Shown piece after piece: positions 1 to 13,525 of a DNA stretch of 64,000 bases (the stretch's first letter is position 1; each line of letters opens with the position of its first letter). The notes under the pieces are model-generated. The model worked only from the letters and a program-made list of their open reading frames with translations, made no database searches and was not told the origin of the DNA. Where the stretch lies: assembly GCF_006345805.1 (NCBI RefSeq), contig NC_042997.1, forward strand, positions 23,994,001 to 24,058,000, read 5' to 3'. Both the position numbers and the translations under genes were made by a program. This stretch comes from Octopus sinensis. Its lineage: Eukaryota.

Positions 1-774
1 CTTTTGAATGCCATTCTCTTCCAACCAATCTTTAGCTGTGTGACAAGGAACCCTATCTTCCATAATTAAAGAGTCTTCTTCAATTATTTCGCCGCTGGAG
101 AAAATTCGAAGGAGTCATTTCTACACTATGGACACATATTTATCTGAGTTTATGTTTCCCTCACTTTCCACCAGCTCTGATCAACCATTGCTCCAAATTG
201 CTCCCCAGGTCATCACAGAATAGCTGCCATGTTTCATTGTTGGCTGCAACCGTTTCACTTCAAATTCTTGATCACAGAGTCTCCAGATCCACATTCGACC
301 ACAATCAGAAACTACAGCAAATCTGGACTCATCAGAGAATATCACAGAGTCCCAAAATGTTAGTGGCCTTTCCACAATCACTGACCCCAAATTCTCTCTG
401 CTTGATATTAACTGGTCGAAGAAGTGGCTTCCTACTTGCTGCTCTTCCATAGTATCCAACTTTGTGGAGATACCAAACAGCTGTTCTAAGACTGATATCA
501 ACTTGTTCTGTGAAGTCAGAGGCCTTTCAGTTTGGATTAACCTCTACTCTTCTCTTAGCAAAGTGAAAGGTCCTGTCAGATGGCCCTGGTCGACCTAGGC
601 GAGGTTATGGGGACTGCTTCCCCTTTTTGGTAAATTGCACAATCACTCTTTTAACTGTAGAAAGCGAGATCCCAAGACTTTCCGCGATTTTATGATAAGT
701 ACACCTTCAGATTCACCCACAATACGGCCTCTTTGAAATGCAGACAGTTCCAAAGCTTCTTTTGTACGTGGCAA
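1..774 (-). pseudogene. Tc1-family DDE transposase remnant (frameshifts and stops; runs off the left edge)
   Basis: Manual translation of the minus strand: (L)PRTKEALELSAFQRGRIVG...HKIAESLGISLSTVKRVI (paired-like HTH), PRLGRP, WDSVIFSDESRF, QPTMKHGSYSVMTWGAIW, EDRVPCHTAK. These are Tc1 motifs (FSDESRF, HGG.SVMVWG, DNAPCH). Confidence 0.9.
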
Positions 775-1212
775 GATTAAAGTCACATACAGAATTTGAA
801 ACATACAGATGTCAATTAATAAAAAAAATTATAAACCTTTTCAAATTAAACTAAACATAAAGCGATTTTATATAGTATGGCTATTTACTTCTGTCATGTA
901 AAGTGATGAAGCTTTCTTTTTAGTCTAACGCACGTTTTATGCATGATATGGGTTTGGCTAGATATGGGTTTGGCTTTCGCTTCGTCTTTAATATTTTCGC
1001 TTTATACATAATGATATCAAAAATATTGATATTAGTCTTCCAGCATCTTGTGTGGTATTGTTCCCCAAATCTTAGCATATACATCTGATTAATCCGATGA
1101 GATTTTTCTTGATCGTGTCTCGTCAGAATATGTACACATTTTGTTATAGTTCTCATATATTGAACATCATTTCTGGGCTTTTATTCCGAGCATTCTATTT
1201 AATGGGGTCACG

Positions 1213-1530
1213 TGAAGGCTCATGGTTCAGTGATTAGAGCGTTGGGATCACAATCAAGAGTTAGAGAGTTCCATTCTCGGACCGGGCTGTGTGTTGTGTT
1301 CTTGAGCAAGACACTTTATTTCACGTTGCTCCATTTCACTCAGAGGCAGAAATGAGTTACGACGTCATTTGGATAACATCAGTGGCGCGGAGAGAAAAGT
1401 TGGTGTGCATGAGGAACTACTGATCTTCCATAATCAACCATGCCCAAAATTGTGCGTAGGAGGGTAACTTGCTAGGTGCAATCCCATGGTCATTCATGAC
1501 CGAAGGGGGTCTTTACACTTTACCCGTTAC
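1213..1530 (+). mobile_element. tRNA-derived SINE family A (CORE-like central domain), diverged
   Basis: A/B-box-like head (ggttcagtgattagagc...gagttccattctc), then cttgagcaagacactttatttcacgttgctcca. Reverse-complement homologue at 53091-53426. Confidence 0.8.
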
Positions 1531-2457
1531 CCTTTACGTGTTTATTCCCATAAAACCTTACGACCTAGTGTTTCTATTTGATGAAGTCTCCATTTTACAG
1601 ATAATTAGTATTATGTAAATCCTGTTCGGGGTAGTTCCAGAACAAATATTTATTCTATTTAAGGGTATTGAGCTCTTTTCTATTTTCTGCGTAGTATCAC
1701 CGTGGCACCAACCCTACGAATACTCACTAACTACCTATAGAGAAATATTGCGGAAGAGAGAGAGAGAGAGAGAAAGAAAGCGTGTATGTGACAACAGACA
1801 TACAGACCGAGAGGGGGAGCTAAAACGAAAGATATATATAACGAGTGAAAAAAAGAAAAGAAAGGCGGAAAAGATAAAAAGAAACAATCTGAACAAAAGG
1901 AAAGGAGGAAATGAGAGAAACGGTGCTCGTTGCGGGTCAACTTTCTTATATGTATAGGCGTAAAAATTGTTCCCCTCGTGTATACGATATCGTATGACAC
2001 TTGTCAACGTTTTGGGAAGCTCAAAAGACACTCGATCACCTAGTTTGATATACTATATTTATTTACTTATTGATGTTTTGTTGTTGCAGTTGCTGTGGTT
2101 ATTGTTTTTTGTTTTGTTTTTTTCATGCTATTAACACAAAGCAACAGAAAAAGAAAGAAAATAATAGGGAAAATCAGAAAGAAAAAAAACGGGAAGAAGT
2201 AAAAGTGAATTCTATTTACTAGTGTTATAACTACGACCTGACCTGTAATGACACATCAATCAGCTGGAATTTGGAGTTTGACAGCCATATATATATTCCC
2301 TCAAGTTTGGGTGTCTGTCGTTCGAGAGAAAGACCGCCTCACTACCCTATCATTAAAGCTATTGCAACCACCGCTGCTAAACACTACAATTGCTCTCAAC
2401 CCACAGCAATCAAAGCCACTTCTATTAGCATCTGAGCCACTCTCCAGTTATAATACC

Positions 2458-2689
2458 TATTTCTTTATTACCCACAAGGGGCTAAACACAGAGGGGACAA
2501 ACAAGGACAGACATAGGCATTAAGTCGATTACATCGACCCCAGTGCGTAACTGGTACTTATTTAATCGACCCCGAAAGGATGAAAGGCAAAGTCGATCTC
2601 GGCAGAATTTGAACTCACAACGTAACGCAGACGAAATACCGCTAAGCATTTCGCCCGGCATGCTAACGTTTCTGCCAGCTCGCCGCCTT
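2458..2689 (-). mobile_element. tRNA-derived SINE family B (B1 tail), full length
   Basis: Head aaggcggcgagctggcagaaacgttagc...gagttcaaattc on the minus strand. 12-bp direct repeat agttataatacc at 2446-2457 and 2698-2709 (TSD). Many homologues in the window. Confidence 0.9.
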
Positions 2690-2828
2690 TTATAACAAGT
2701 TATAATACCACCACTAAAATACCGCCACCACCATTATCATCATTATTATTATTATGATTAATACTTTCTGCTGTAGGCACACGATCTGAATTTCGTGATT
2801 ACATGGACCCCAATACTAGACTGGTATT

Positions 2829-3465
2829 TATTTCATCGTCTCCTCCGAAAGGATGAAAGGCAAAGTCGGCCGCGGCGGAATTTGAACTCAGAACGTAACA
2901 GCAGACGAAATGCCGTTCAGCATTTTGCCCGGCGTGCTTAACCATTCTGCTAGCTCGTCGCGTTTAACATTATTATAATAAGCAAAGAATAGCCCTCGAT
3001 GTGTTGTTAGACTTGTTGGAAAAAGCTGCTAAAAAAAGAGAAAAACAAAATTTACATTCAATAAAATAAAGGCCTCAATGAAAATAGATCATCACAGCTG
3101 TAATGGTCTTTGACCATAGTTTCACCAGGGGCTAAACAACAAAAAACTTATCTCATCGACTCCTCCGAAAGGATGAAAGGCAAAGTCGGCTGCGGAGGAA
3201 TTTGAACTCAGATCGTGAAGTCAGACGAAATGCCGTTCAGCATTTTGGCCGGCGTGTTTGACCACTCTGCTAGCTCGCCGGGTTTAACATTATTATAATA
3301 AGCAAAGAATAGCCCTCGATGACTTGTTGGAAAAAGCTGCTAAAAAAAAGAGAAAAATAAAATTTATTACATTCAATACAATAAAGGCCTCAATGTAAAA
3401 GATCCTCACAGCTGTAATGGTCTTTGACCATAGTCTCACCAAGGGCTAAACAACAAAAAACAACT
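2829..3465. repeat. ~320-bp tandem duplication of a SINE-B fragment plus an adjacent repeat tail
   Basis: Two diverged copies (~2829-3147, ~3148-3465). Both contain ctcctccgaaaggatgaaaggcaaagtcggc...tttaacattattataataagcaaagaatagccctcgatg...gggctaaacaacaaaaaac. Confidence 0.9.
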
Positions 3466-3580
3466 TCATCATCATTATTATGAATATCGTTTTACTTCTC
3501 CCAAAGCTTGGAACATTAATACTTCTCCAAAAATTTGTAAGCAAGTCTATTAATTGAATCAATTAAATCGTAAAAACAAA

Positions 3581-3879
3581 TCTTTATATATAAAAGTGAA
3601 GTTGTGTGTCTGTCTCCTACGATTTAGATTCCTAACTACTCCCACATTTTGCGGTGCAGTTTAACCAAAAGCGGGTATCTTATAGTTGTGATTCATATCG
3701 AGCCCTTCTGGGGATTAGCGCGCGTCTACGATGAGTCTACGATTTAAAAAAAAATTTACCATCATTTTTTTCCCATTTTTAATGCATTTTTTGCTATTAT
3801 ATAAGGGAAGTAACTCTCTAAAAATGCGTATATAGTTATTTCCCTTACAAACCCGAGCAACGCCGGGTGATACTGCTAG
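3581..3879 (+). mobile_element. Non-autonomous Helitron, family F copy 1 (299 bp)
   Basis: A|TC 5' end (tctttatatataaaag), subterminal hairpin cccgagcaacgccggg, CTAG|T 3' end, no TSD. Homologues at 13526 and 14710. Confidence 0.9.
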
Positions 3880-4257
3880 TTATATTATACACGGAAGAAT
3901 GAAATGTAAAATTGATTCTAACGATATGTGTGTTCAATGAGTGCATTGATGTCTCGAAATAATGTAACTTGTCCTAGCTTTATCGGCGTATGTGCCAGTA
4001 TATGCAAAAATTTATATGCAAAAACTTGCCCAAGGTCCCACGCAGTGGAGCTGAACCTGGAACCATGAGAGAGAGAGCGAGAGAAAGAATGTGAAAGAGA
4101 TACGACAGAAAGACAAGCAAGTAAGAAAGCAGCCAAATGCGCGCGTGTGTGTGTGTGAAGGAATTGGGAAATTATTTATATTCTCAGGTAGGAATGTCCA
4201 TCAAAATGCGTGCGGCCACGAGGAAACTCATTGCTTATCACATGACTTGAAATACAA

Positions 4258-4430
4258 ACTTGTTACTGTTGTTATCCCCAAGTTAGCTATGGTGGAGAAG
4301 AACTATGATCACTAGGTTCCAGCCATGATCATCTCGTCTTAATTTTGAAAACTACATTCAGATGTATCATATCCTACTTTTTCTAAGATATCAAGGTTTG
4401 TTTTAAGTTGAATTCAGCTGCCTATCTTCA
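4258..4430 (-). mobile_element. Degenerate retroposon 3' tail (family E, (CAA)n-type tail)
   Basis: Reverse complement resembles the 7480-7710 and 3080-3145 tails (...gatcatag...ggg(c/a)taa(a)caacaa). Confidence 0.5.
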
Positions 4431-5047
4431 ACGCTTCTTACAATTACGTAAAGATTCCCTCGCAAACGCAATATTGAATTTTTAAATTTAATTTACTTTA
4501 ATTTAATTTAATTTTTAACAAGCCCAAATATCAGAGATTTTAGATTACCACCCGAGTCAAGTGTCATATTTTAAAACGAGAATCTTTCTTTTCATAACAA
4601 AATGTCAAAATGGAGCGGTCAGCTCCCATTACAAACAAGGCTTCCGAAATTGAGAAGTATAAGGAGGAGGAAACCACAACGGAAAGGTCACCCGGACACA
4701 GAAGAAAATATTTGCTGGTTAATATCCTCTGGTAAAGTACTTGATCTCAATGTATTGAATTATGATTCTTTTTTTATATCCTGTTTTCAAGACCGACCGA
4801 AGACGACTTTGCATTCGTAGCTTCACGATTGATAAATCGATAAATGACAGTAAAACCTTTAGGACAAAACAATTGATTACGCTGCTCGCTCAACATTTTT
4901 ATCTGTTTCGTCAATTTAATAAATCATTATTATGTTCTATAGTAGTTCAGTCCTGATGAAGTTCTAAAAGTGAACAGAACTAAATGAGCTCACCTATAGC
5001 GAAAAGACCCAAATAATGAATTAATGAACTCTGTATACAACAAACAT

Positions 5048-5587
<540 letters not shown>

Positions 5588-7479
5588 ATATTATCAAACA
5601 GTGATGTTAGCTTCATAACTGAGAATATTTTATATATGTTTTATTTTTTTAAGACAAGGGGGACAGGCAGAATCGTTAAAATATCAGCCGACAAACCTTG
5701 TGGGATAATATGATAGCACTTTACGTCTTGAGCTCAAATCCTGCCCAGTTTAAATATTCGCCTTCAGTTATTTCGGGGACGACACAATAAAGTATGAGTC
5801 AAGTATTGTGATCAGTTTAATCGACTGCACCCCAACAATCAACTAATAACCTTGTATTAATGTTTGAAATCAATATTTATGGAGTCTGAAGATTATTGCA
5901 ACAGCTTCATTTCTTACATCACGAATAGAATGAGACGCTTTGAAAGATATGCAAACAAATACTTATAATTATTGCAATTAGTAATTTGTACAGACATTGA
6001 TTGTTGTATGGAGCAGAAGCTAACTTCGTAGTTTCATAATTTCAGAAATAATTTCGTTTTCGTAGCATGATACCTTGGACAATTCTTTCTTCCCGAGTCG
6101 ACAAACTCAAAATCTGTAGACAGAAATTAAGTACATGAAAGATGTGGTAGCCTCTTCTATTCTTGGGAAGTAGTTTTAATCAGTCCCTCTTTGAAACATC
6201 ACCATTTCTTTCTTGTATGCTCCTTAGCGGAGTATATCTTATTGCAAAATATAGAACCAGCTTTCTATCCTGCAGAATTTAATTCCTCCTTTCTCTCCAT
6301 CATCCTCGAACTTCCTGAAGAAGATTATGAGCTCTCCCATATCTGATTGTCTAATTCAGGTAACCAAACATGTTTCGAAAATGTTTGAAGTCAATTCCCA
6401 CAGCAGTTAACTGTCTTTAGCCGGGTCGATTGAAAATTCCGCGTTCTTATACCAATTGAAGTAATCAATACTTTGAAATTTGTGTGCATCATCATCATAA
6501 TCATAGGTGGAGTGAACATGTGACATGGTTTAGTTTTAAGAAAATACACTATACTCTAAATATTTTCTTTATAAATACTACGAGAACTGTGGAAGTTCTT
6601 CGTTTTATACATGTTCTTATTTTTCTATTTTATTGTATACGTCTTTAGATTTTTCGATTATATCTTCGATTTCACTCCATAGTGAAGATTGTGTAAAGAA
6701 CTTGTTTCATACAAACTTCTGATGAAGCTTTTGATCTCATTCCATAACTACGCTTCTATTGGAACACATCGTGACAAACAGGAGAAATTTTTCCATGTTG
6801 CCAGGTATACAAACGAACACGTCTCTAGTGGTCGATCGACACGCTAGCAATAATAACCAATCCTCATTGAATTCACGAACTATAGAAACATTATACCATA
6901 ACCAAAGACTTCATTATTACACCAGCTATGTCTGCCTGATCAAGAGATAACCCGTGTGTGAACAATAATTAAGTACTCATCATATATAAGATAACAAGGG
7001 TAAACAACATTTATGAGAGCTATGATACAAAGCTCACACCCTTACTCATAAGTTTATAACCTTTTTCATCCAGTATCAGAATAATAATAATAATATTCAG
7101 TGAACGTCCCGGAGATTTTGTTGTTTTTACTTATATAGCTTTGTTGAGACAAGGAAAGTAACTGAATTCCTAAGAAGTGTAATTGCTGCGTTCCTTATTC
7201 ATCACATTCGAAATTCATATTTATCTAGGATTGATAAAATAAGTACCAGTTATATAGTGTGGTCCATTGAGAGGAATGTAATCGTTTTCTACTCCTTATT
7301 ATCCTCTATAGGAAATGAGTATTAGTATTAGATGTTGTCCTTCCGTGTTGTTAAATTCTAACCCATCATGTATAATTTTGCTTTTCCTGTCTTTGCAGCT
7401 CGATAAAATATAAATCTTTAGTAGATTAGAATTGATTCAATAGATATTAATTTATCGCTAAAGAACATTTGGCGCATTT

Positions 7480-7710
7480 CCTAGGTGTCTTGATCTGCGA
7501 GGAAAAACCAACAAGATCTTCATAAAATGACACCCTATAATCTTAAGAAGAAAACAACATCCAAATGTGGAAACACATTAGATAATGTAGTTCTACATAA
7601 CTCAGGAAGGATGAGGGTTAGGCAGTGAAGAAATTCCTTTGATCATAATTCCTTTGTTTGACCAGAGCTGACTTGAAGTTAAATACCAACAACAACAACA
7701 ACAACAACAC
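7480..7710 (+). mobile_element. Retroposon 3' part (family E) ending in (CAA)n
   Basis: acacattagataatgtagt...cctttgatcataa...gctgacttgaagttaaataccaacaacaacaacaacaac. Related tails at ~3100, ~3420 and ~38320. Confidence 0.6.
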
Positions 7711-8874
7711 TCCATGAATGACTCAATGTTAACGATTGCTCAATAAATGCTAGAAGAAATCGAAAAGTTCTCTACAAAAAACTGTTTATATATTTATTTA
7801 CTTATTTATTTGACGAACACCTATGAATTATTTCTGCCTTCATCTTGCTCAACGCGTGTGCTACAAACATCAAGGAGAAATACAATATATTCATAAGCAA
7901 TTTGTCAAGTTTACCTTTTATTTATCCTTTTGATTTTGCTGTCACAAACATCAAGGAAATGAAGTTATGCGTGGGATTTAGTATCGTTTTATATCACGCT
8001 ACTCGACAAAATAATATATATTGTTTTGTAAAGTAGTCTGAGGTAATGTTTCTAAATCTCGTGTTGATCTTTCCTGAAGTACAATACATCGTAAATGTTC
8101 TGAAGTGATCTTCGGCGCTAAACTGTCAGACATATGATTGTGGGCTGAACTAGCATATATATATATATATATATTTGTATATGTTTTTTTCGAAAAAAGA
8201 AATAGATATCGCTGTCGATATATCTTTTAACCATAGTAATTGTGTTTCTTCCCCATATTTTGAAGAAAGAAAAAAACAAAAAACAATGTACAACCTTTTA
8301 CCACCATCCATCAAAGTCAACCTTTTTGGAACTCCCTAGTCGATATTTTGTTACCGCTAAACGCCCTCCTTATGTGTGTCTTTCAATATCGTGCTATATT
8401 TATATCACGCCATGCAGAATACATACGCAAATATATAAATACACGAACATAGTCAAACTCTCTCTCTCACACATACATATGTAAGTAAGCGCATTGACAC
8501 TTATAGACACAAGTACACAATGGGTGGGCTTTTATTTCCACATTTGCTAATCTCCAGCATGTGAACACTTTGATTTAACCGCTCTTCAATCATATTAATA
8601 TTACATCTATCACACATTATAGAAACCGCTGAGGAAGCGATGGCTATCACAAAGCCATTTCTTTTTCTTATAATTTTGTGACCTTATATACCCTAAGAAA
8701 GTTATCAGTATAATAATTGTTTTATAAGAGCGGTCTTGGTAACAGAAAATGTAGTTTCTAGCTAAATAGCATGCGATATGTATTTGCCTCACTATACGAT
8801 CTGACTTCAAAATCCAACGAACTAGACCAGCGTTTCTCAAATGGGTTGTAATGCCTCCTCCAGAGCTTTATATA

Positions 8875-9719
8875 TCAGGTCATACTATAAGTTCTGTCTT
8901 ATATTAATTTGAAATTTAATTATCAATGTACATTCCTTGATTACCTATGACTTCCTTCCATCTATTTACAAGCTTTTTAATCCCAACAATGTAAAACTCT
9001 TTTGGTTTCAAAGCGAAGAACTCTGAAATGTCAGTTTCGACCTCCTCCTGGTTTGCGAAAGTTTTGTTCCTCAAATGGTTCTGTAAACTACGAAACAAAT
9101 GATAGTCTGAAGGAGGAAGGTCAGGAGAATAAGGTGGATGAGGAATTTTTTCCAACCCAAACTCTTCGATCTTCTGTGATGTGATCTTTGCAGTGTGAGG
9201 TCGCGCATTGTCCTAATGAAACATCACTCCTTTTTCGATTTACTAAAGCGGGTCTTTTTTTCTTCAAGGCTTTGGTTCAAACGCTCTAATTGCTGACAGT
9301 AGACTTGAGCATTGATTGTTGCATTAGGTGGTAACAATTCAAAGTGAATTACTCCTTTGCAATCCCACCAAATAGAGAGAACAACCCTCTTTTCCATGAA
9401 GTTCCCTTTTCGGTTGTGGTTGAGCCTTTTCCCTTTTACCAAGCCACTGTTTACGACGTTTAACATTTCGATAGAAGATCTATTTTTCGTCAGCAGTCAT
9501 TATGTGTCTTAAATGCTCTTTGGATACTTCCATGTTAGAAAGGGTTTTGATCAAAGAAATTCTAATTCTATTATTCTGTAAAATAACATTTAATTAGTTT
9601 AAATGTACACAAATGTATAAAAATAATTTTTAATTCCATTAGACATTCTAAAATACTATTAAATTTCATTTAATTTTTAAAAAAAGGTAAAATCGTGCAG
9701 AACTTATGGGATGACCTGA
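8875..9719 (-). mobile_element. Mariner (D,D34D) element, internally deleted and decayed, 845 bp
   Basis: 22-bp TIRs tcaggtcat(act/ccc)ataagttctg (20/22), each flanked by TA. Transposase motifs TADEK*IFY, VVLSIWWD, FH*DNARPHTA, HPPYSPDLPPSDYHLF. ATG at 9533, stop at 8916. Confidence 0.95.
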
Positions 9720-10463
9720 TAAAATTCGATAGAATGGCTCTATAAAATATAAATGCAGAATGTAATACATTGATGTTGCATATAAGTAACATGTAGTGTT
9801 GAGGATTTTACAATAGCAAAAGATGGTATTTGAGTAAAAAGTGTTGGGATTCATCGAGCTAGATTTTATCATTGATATACATGTATTTATGGTCGATAAA
9901 ATACGTCATGTGTTGTTTATTTAATCGGCTTTACTAATATCATATAGAAAGCTTCTCCATTGATCCTTTGATTCCTTGACCTGCAAGAAATAACAAGCAA
10001 ATCACCTCCGATCCCATCCTTTTGCTTTAAGAAAAATAATTTCAATCTGGTCCGCTGAATCAGGGTTCACTTGGGACTATAAAACCCAGCGAATTATCCT
10101 CCATTATATTGATCGTAGCTATGACTTGTAATCGCAAAATAGTAACTTCTTTGAGTTACTCATCAAGAGTTAATTACACCAACTGTCACTTAAGAACAAT
10201 GGAAGGGGGCCTGTAAGGTTCAAATCTTTTCATAACTTATTCTATGAATGTAGTAACACAGCCCCAACTAGATTTGACAAGTGCAAAAATCTATGTGTTT
10301 TTGCTTTACATCATATGTATCACTGATCTACATTCTTCATGACTCTCCCTAAGTGTTAAACTTATTCAAATATCCAATTCCTGTCAGCGAAATAGTATTC
10401 TATGAAGTATTGAATAAAATCCAAAATTTTAATAGACATATCTTAAGAAGTGCTATGATACAT

Positions 10464-10643
10464 TTAACTCTTTGGTATTTAAACTGGTCACATCTGGCCT
10501 AGATATTGTTTTATGTTCAGCCGAGCCAGATCTGATCCCTTTCACTTTCCCTACAATGTCATTTTAAAGATAAACAATCACATCATCGAAATCTTGAAGC
10601 TGTAAGGAAATGTATGACTAACTGAAGGCAATGTGAATAAATA
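10464..10643 (+). mobile_element. Possible TTAA-type (piggyBac-like) MITE fragment, interrupted by SINE C
   Basis: Begins ttaa|ctctttggtatttaaac. Matches from memory an abundant ttaacccttt...aaagggttaa repeat; the second end was not found. Confidence 0.35.
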
Positions 10644-11025
10644 TAGGTGTAGGAGTGGCTGTGTGGTAAGTAGCTTGCTTACCAATCACATGGTTCTGGG
10701 TTCAGTCCCACTGCATGGTATCTTGGGCAAGTGTCTTCAACTATGAGTGGGTTTGGTAGGCAGAAACTGAAAGAAGCCCGTCATATATATGTATATATAT
10801 ATATATTTGTGTGTGTGTCTGTTTGTCCTCCCAACATCGCTTGACAACCGATGCTGGTGTGTTTACGTCCCCGTAACTTAGCAGTTCAGCAAAATAGACC
10901 AATAGAATAAGTACTAGACTTACAAAGAATATGTCAAGGGGTCGATTTGCTCGACTAAAGGTGGTGCTCCAGCATGGCCACAGTTAAATGACTGAAACAA
11001 GTAAAAGAGCAAAAGAGCAAAAAGA
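10644..11025 (+). mobile_element. SINE family C (small internal deletion)
   Basis: Same head, internal TA/TG tract and tail as 5048. The tail ends in (AAAAGAG)-like repeats. Confidence 0.9.
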
Positions 11026-11879
11026 ACAGTTTTGGAATGACATTTGTTGCATTTGTATGCTTTCGAATATTCAGAAGCTACTCTAGCTTTTATTCTGTTT
11101 TACCGTAATACAGTTCCAGTTCATATCTAACGGTAGATTACTATTTTTTTTACCTAATGTCATTATTTCATAAAACATCAGTATTAATATAATTGCTGGG
11201 AAATGTAGGGCAAATAAAACTCTGTGGTTTCCTCTTGAATCCAATTGTCTTAACTAATGCCGTTAACAACCCTTGAGAAAGATATGAATGGTACTCTAAC
11301 CGGCCGCGTAAACGTGTGGTTATGTACATCAGTCGGAAATCAATATTGTCATTATTGAGGAGAAATCAAGCAACAGGTGTTAAGTTATGTTTCTGTCCAA
11401 GGCAATTTATGCTATTTGCCTAGGGTTTCATGAATAATTAATAAACGAATGCTGATGATAAATTATATATTAATATAGACGGAAATACTATAAATATTCT
11501 AAATATGCCGCGGCTTTCCTTTATGTAACGCAACATATTCCCAAAACTAGTCTACATTATTCAAGCTACTTCAAGTTACATTTTATTGAATTGTGCTATC
11601 GCAGAAGACGTTTCCAAAACGAAGTTGACTGCACTGAATGGTCTTTTGTGATCTATATTTAGACACAGGTAGAAATACTATTAAACGTATATTTCTTAAG
11701 AATGCTATATTCGAGAACTTTTTCCAATGTTTTATGTCAGGTATTGTCTTCAGACATCATAGAAGACGGAGATCAAGTTGTATGTTATGGAGGTTCTAGA
11801 ATTCAGAACCACAAAGGAAGAACTGTAAGAACCATAAAACAATTTTAATACATATTAATATTTTCATTTCATGAACGAC

Positions 11880-12276
11880 CTTTTTTTTTTTAAGAAGCAC
11901 TCCGTCGGTTACGACGACGAGGGTTCCGGTTGATCCGAATCAACGGAACAGCCTGCTCGTGAAATTAACGTGTAAGTGGCTGAGCACTCCACAGACACGT
12001 GTACCCTTAACGTAGTTCTCGGGGATATTCAGCGTGACACAGAGAGTGACAAGGCCGGCCCTTTTAAATACAGGTACAACAGAAACAGGAAGTAAGAGTG
12101 AGAGAAAGTTGTGGTGAAAGAATACAGCAGGGATCACCACCATCCCCTGCCGGAGCCTCGTGGAGCTTTAGGTGTTTTCGCTCAATAAACACTCCCAACG
12201 CCCGGTCTGGGAATCGAAACCGCGATCCTATGACCGCGAGTCCGCTGCCCTAACCACTGGGCCATTGCGCCTTCAC
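11880..12276 (-). mobile_element. tRNA-derived SINE family D with an oligo-A tail
   Basis: Head tgaaggcgcaatggcccagtggttagggcagcgg...gtttcgattccc. 11-bp TSD tcatgaacgac at 11869-11879 and 12277-12287. The T-run at 11881-11891 is the A tail. Confidence 0.95.
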
Positions 12277-12335
12277 TCATGAACGACGACGTAACTAGGG
12301 TCGTAATTTTTGTCGAGTGCATTCCATTAGAGGTC

Positions 12336-12936
12336 CGGACAAAAGCCCCAGGGTTATATTTTTCGATTATTTTTTCGTTTTTAGAATTTTTAGTTGAATG
12401 AGTCGAGCCCAGAATTTTTTTTTTTCTTTTACCTGTTCCAGTTATTAGACTGCTGTCGGCTTATACTGGGGCACCACCTTGTAGAATCTTTAGATGGCTA
12501 TATGGAACCCAGAATTTTTTGAGATGATTATCAAGCAGCGCATGAAGTTAAAACTAGAAGCTCTATCGACATGCTAGAAATAACAGCCAAAACTCTTTAA
12601 TTTTTTTAACAACGTACCTCGCTTATATGTTTTGGTCATTCTTGTTTTTGTTTTTGTTTTTCTAAAAATCTTTTTACTTGTTTCAGTCCCTGGATTGTGG
12701 CTTAACTTTAGGTGTTGATTGAAAATCACTTAAAAATGTTTCTAGGGTCAATACATTCGACTAAAAATTCTTCAAGTTAGTGCCCCAGCATGACCGCGGT
12801 CTAATGACTGAAACAAGTAAAAAGTGAAAAAAAAAAGAAAAAATTATCGAAAAATATAACCGTGGGGCTTTTGTCCGCTTTAGCTCGGGCTTTTTTCCGT
12901 GAGGCATTTTTCCTAGGGGGCTTTTGTCCTACACTC
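12336..12936. mobile_element. Unclassified MITE-like element with inverted ends and subterminal repeats
   Basis: ggacaaaagccccagggttatattttt (12337) vs the reverse complement of aaaaatataaccgtggggcttttgtcc (to 12876), 26/27. Further ggcttttgtcc-like repeats to 12936. Interior holds decayed SINE-C tails. Confidence 0.6.
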
Positions 12937-13525
12937 ATCCCCTGTTATAACATGTCAAGGAAATTTATTTAAACGTATCAACATATTTGATAATGTACTG
13001 GCTAAAATACAGAAGTCGTTGTAAAGAACTGTACCTCCGTTGATTGATTATTGCAGCAGTCACTTTTGAAATTAATTATTCACGCCAATGTCTTTTCCAG
13101 AAGATGCAAATTGATGACATTTTCGTTGTTATACAGAAAATTATTGGCGAGAAATACACAATCATTAACACACAAAGAATGTAATGAAATGGCCATCTAG
13201 ATTTTACTCATTCCGTTGATGAAACAAATAAAGAAACCTGTACGCAGTTTCACAAACCATAAAATCCTTCTTAAATCATAAGGAAAAGTTGAATGATATT
13301 TTTCTAAATACACAATATCGGAAAAATAGCTTTAGTAATAGATTTGCTTAGTCTTTGTTGAACTGAAGTTTACAGGCAACAAAACAAAAGTAACGCCTGT
13401 TAATTGCTTTGATATTTGTAGCAGTTAAAATGTTGAGAGGGAAGTCAAACATCTTTATTCAGATTCTGTTTGAGAATTGCGATAAATTGAGTAAAACAGA
13501 TCTTTAATTAAGAATATATTTCGAA

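Noticed and set aside
5900-6950. Possible decayed Penelope-like RT or pLTR (KAGSIFCNKIY, LPHLS on the minus strand)
   Set aside because: The motif resemblance is too weak and fragmented to support without a profile search.
8828-8870. hAT-like terminus cagcgtttctcaaa next to the mariner
   Set aside because: No matching second end was found.
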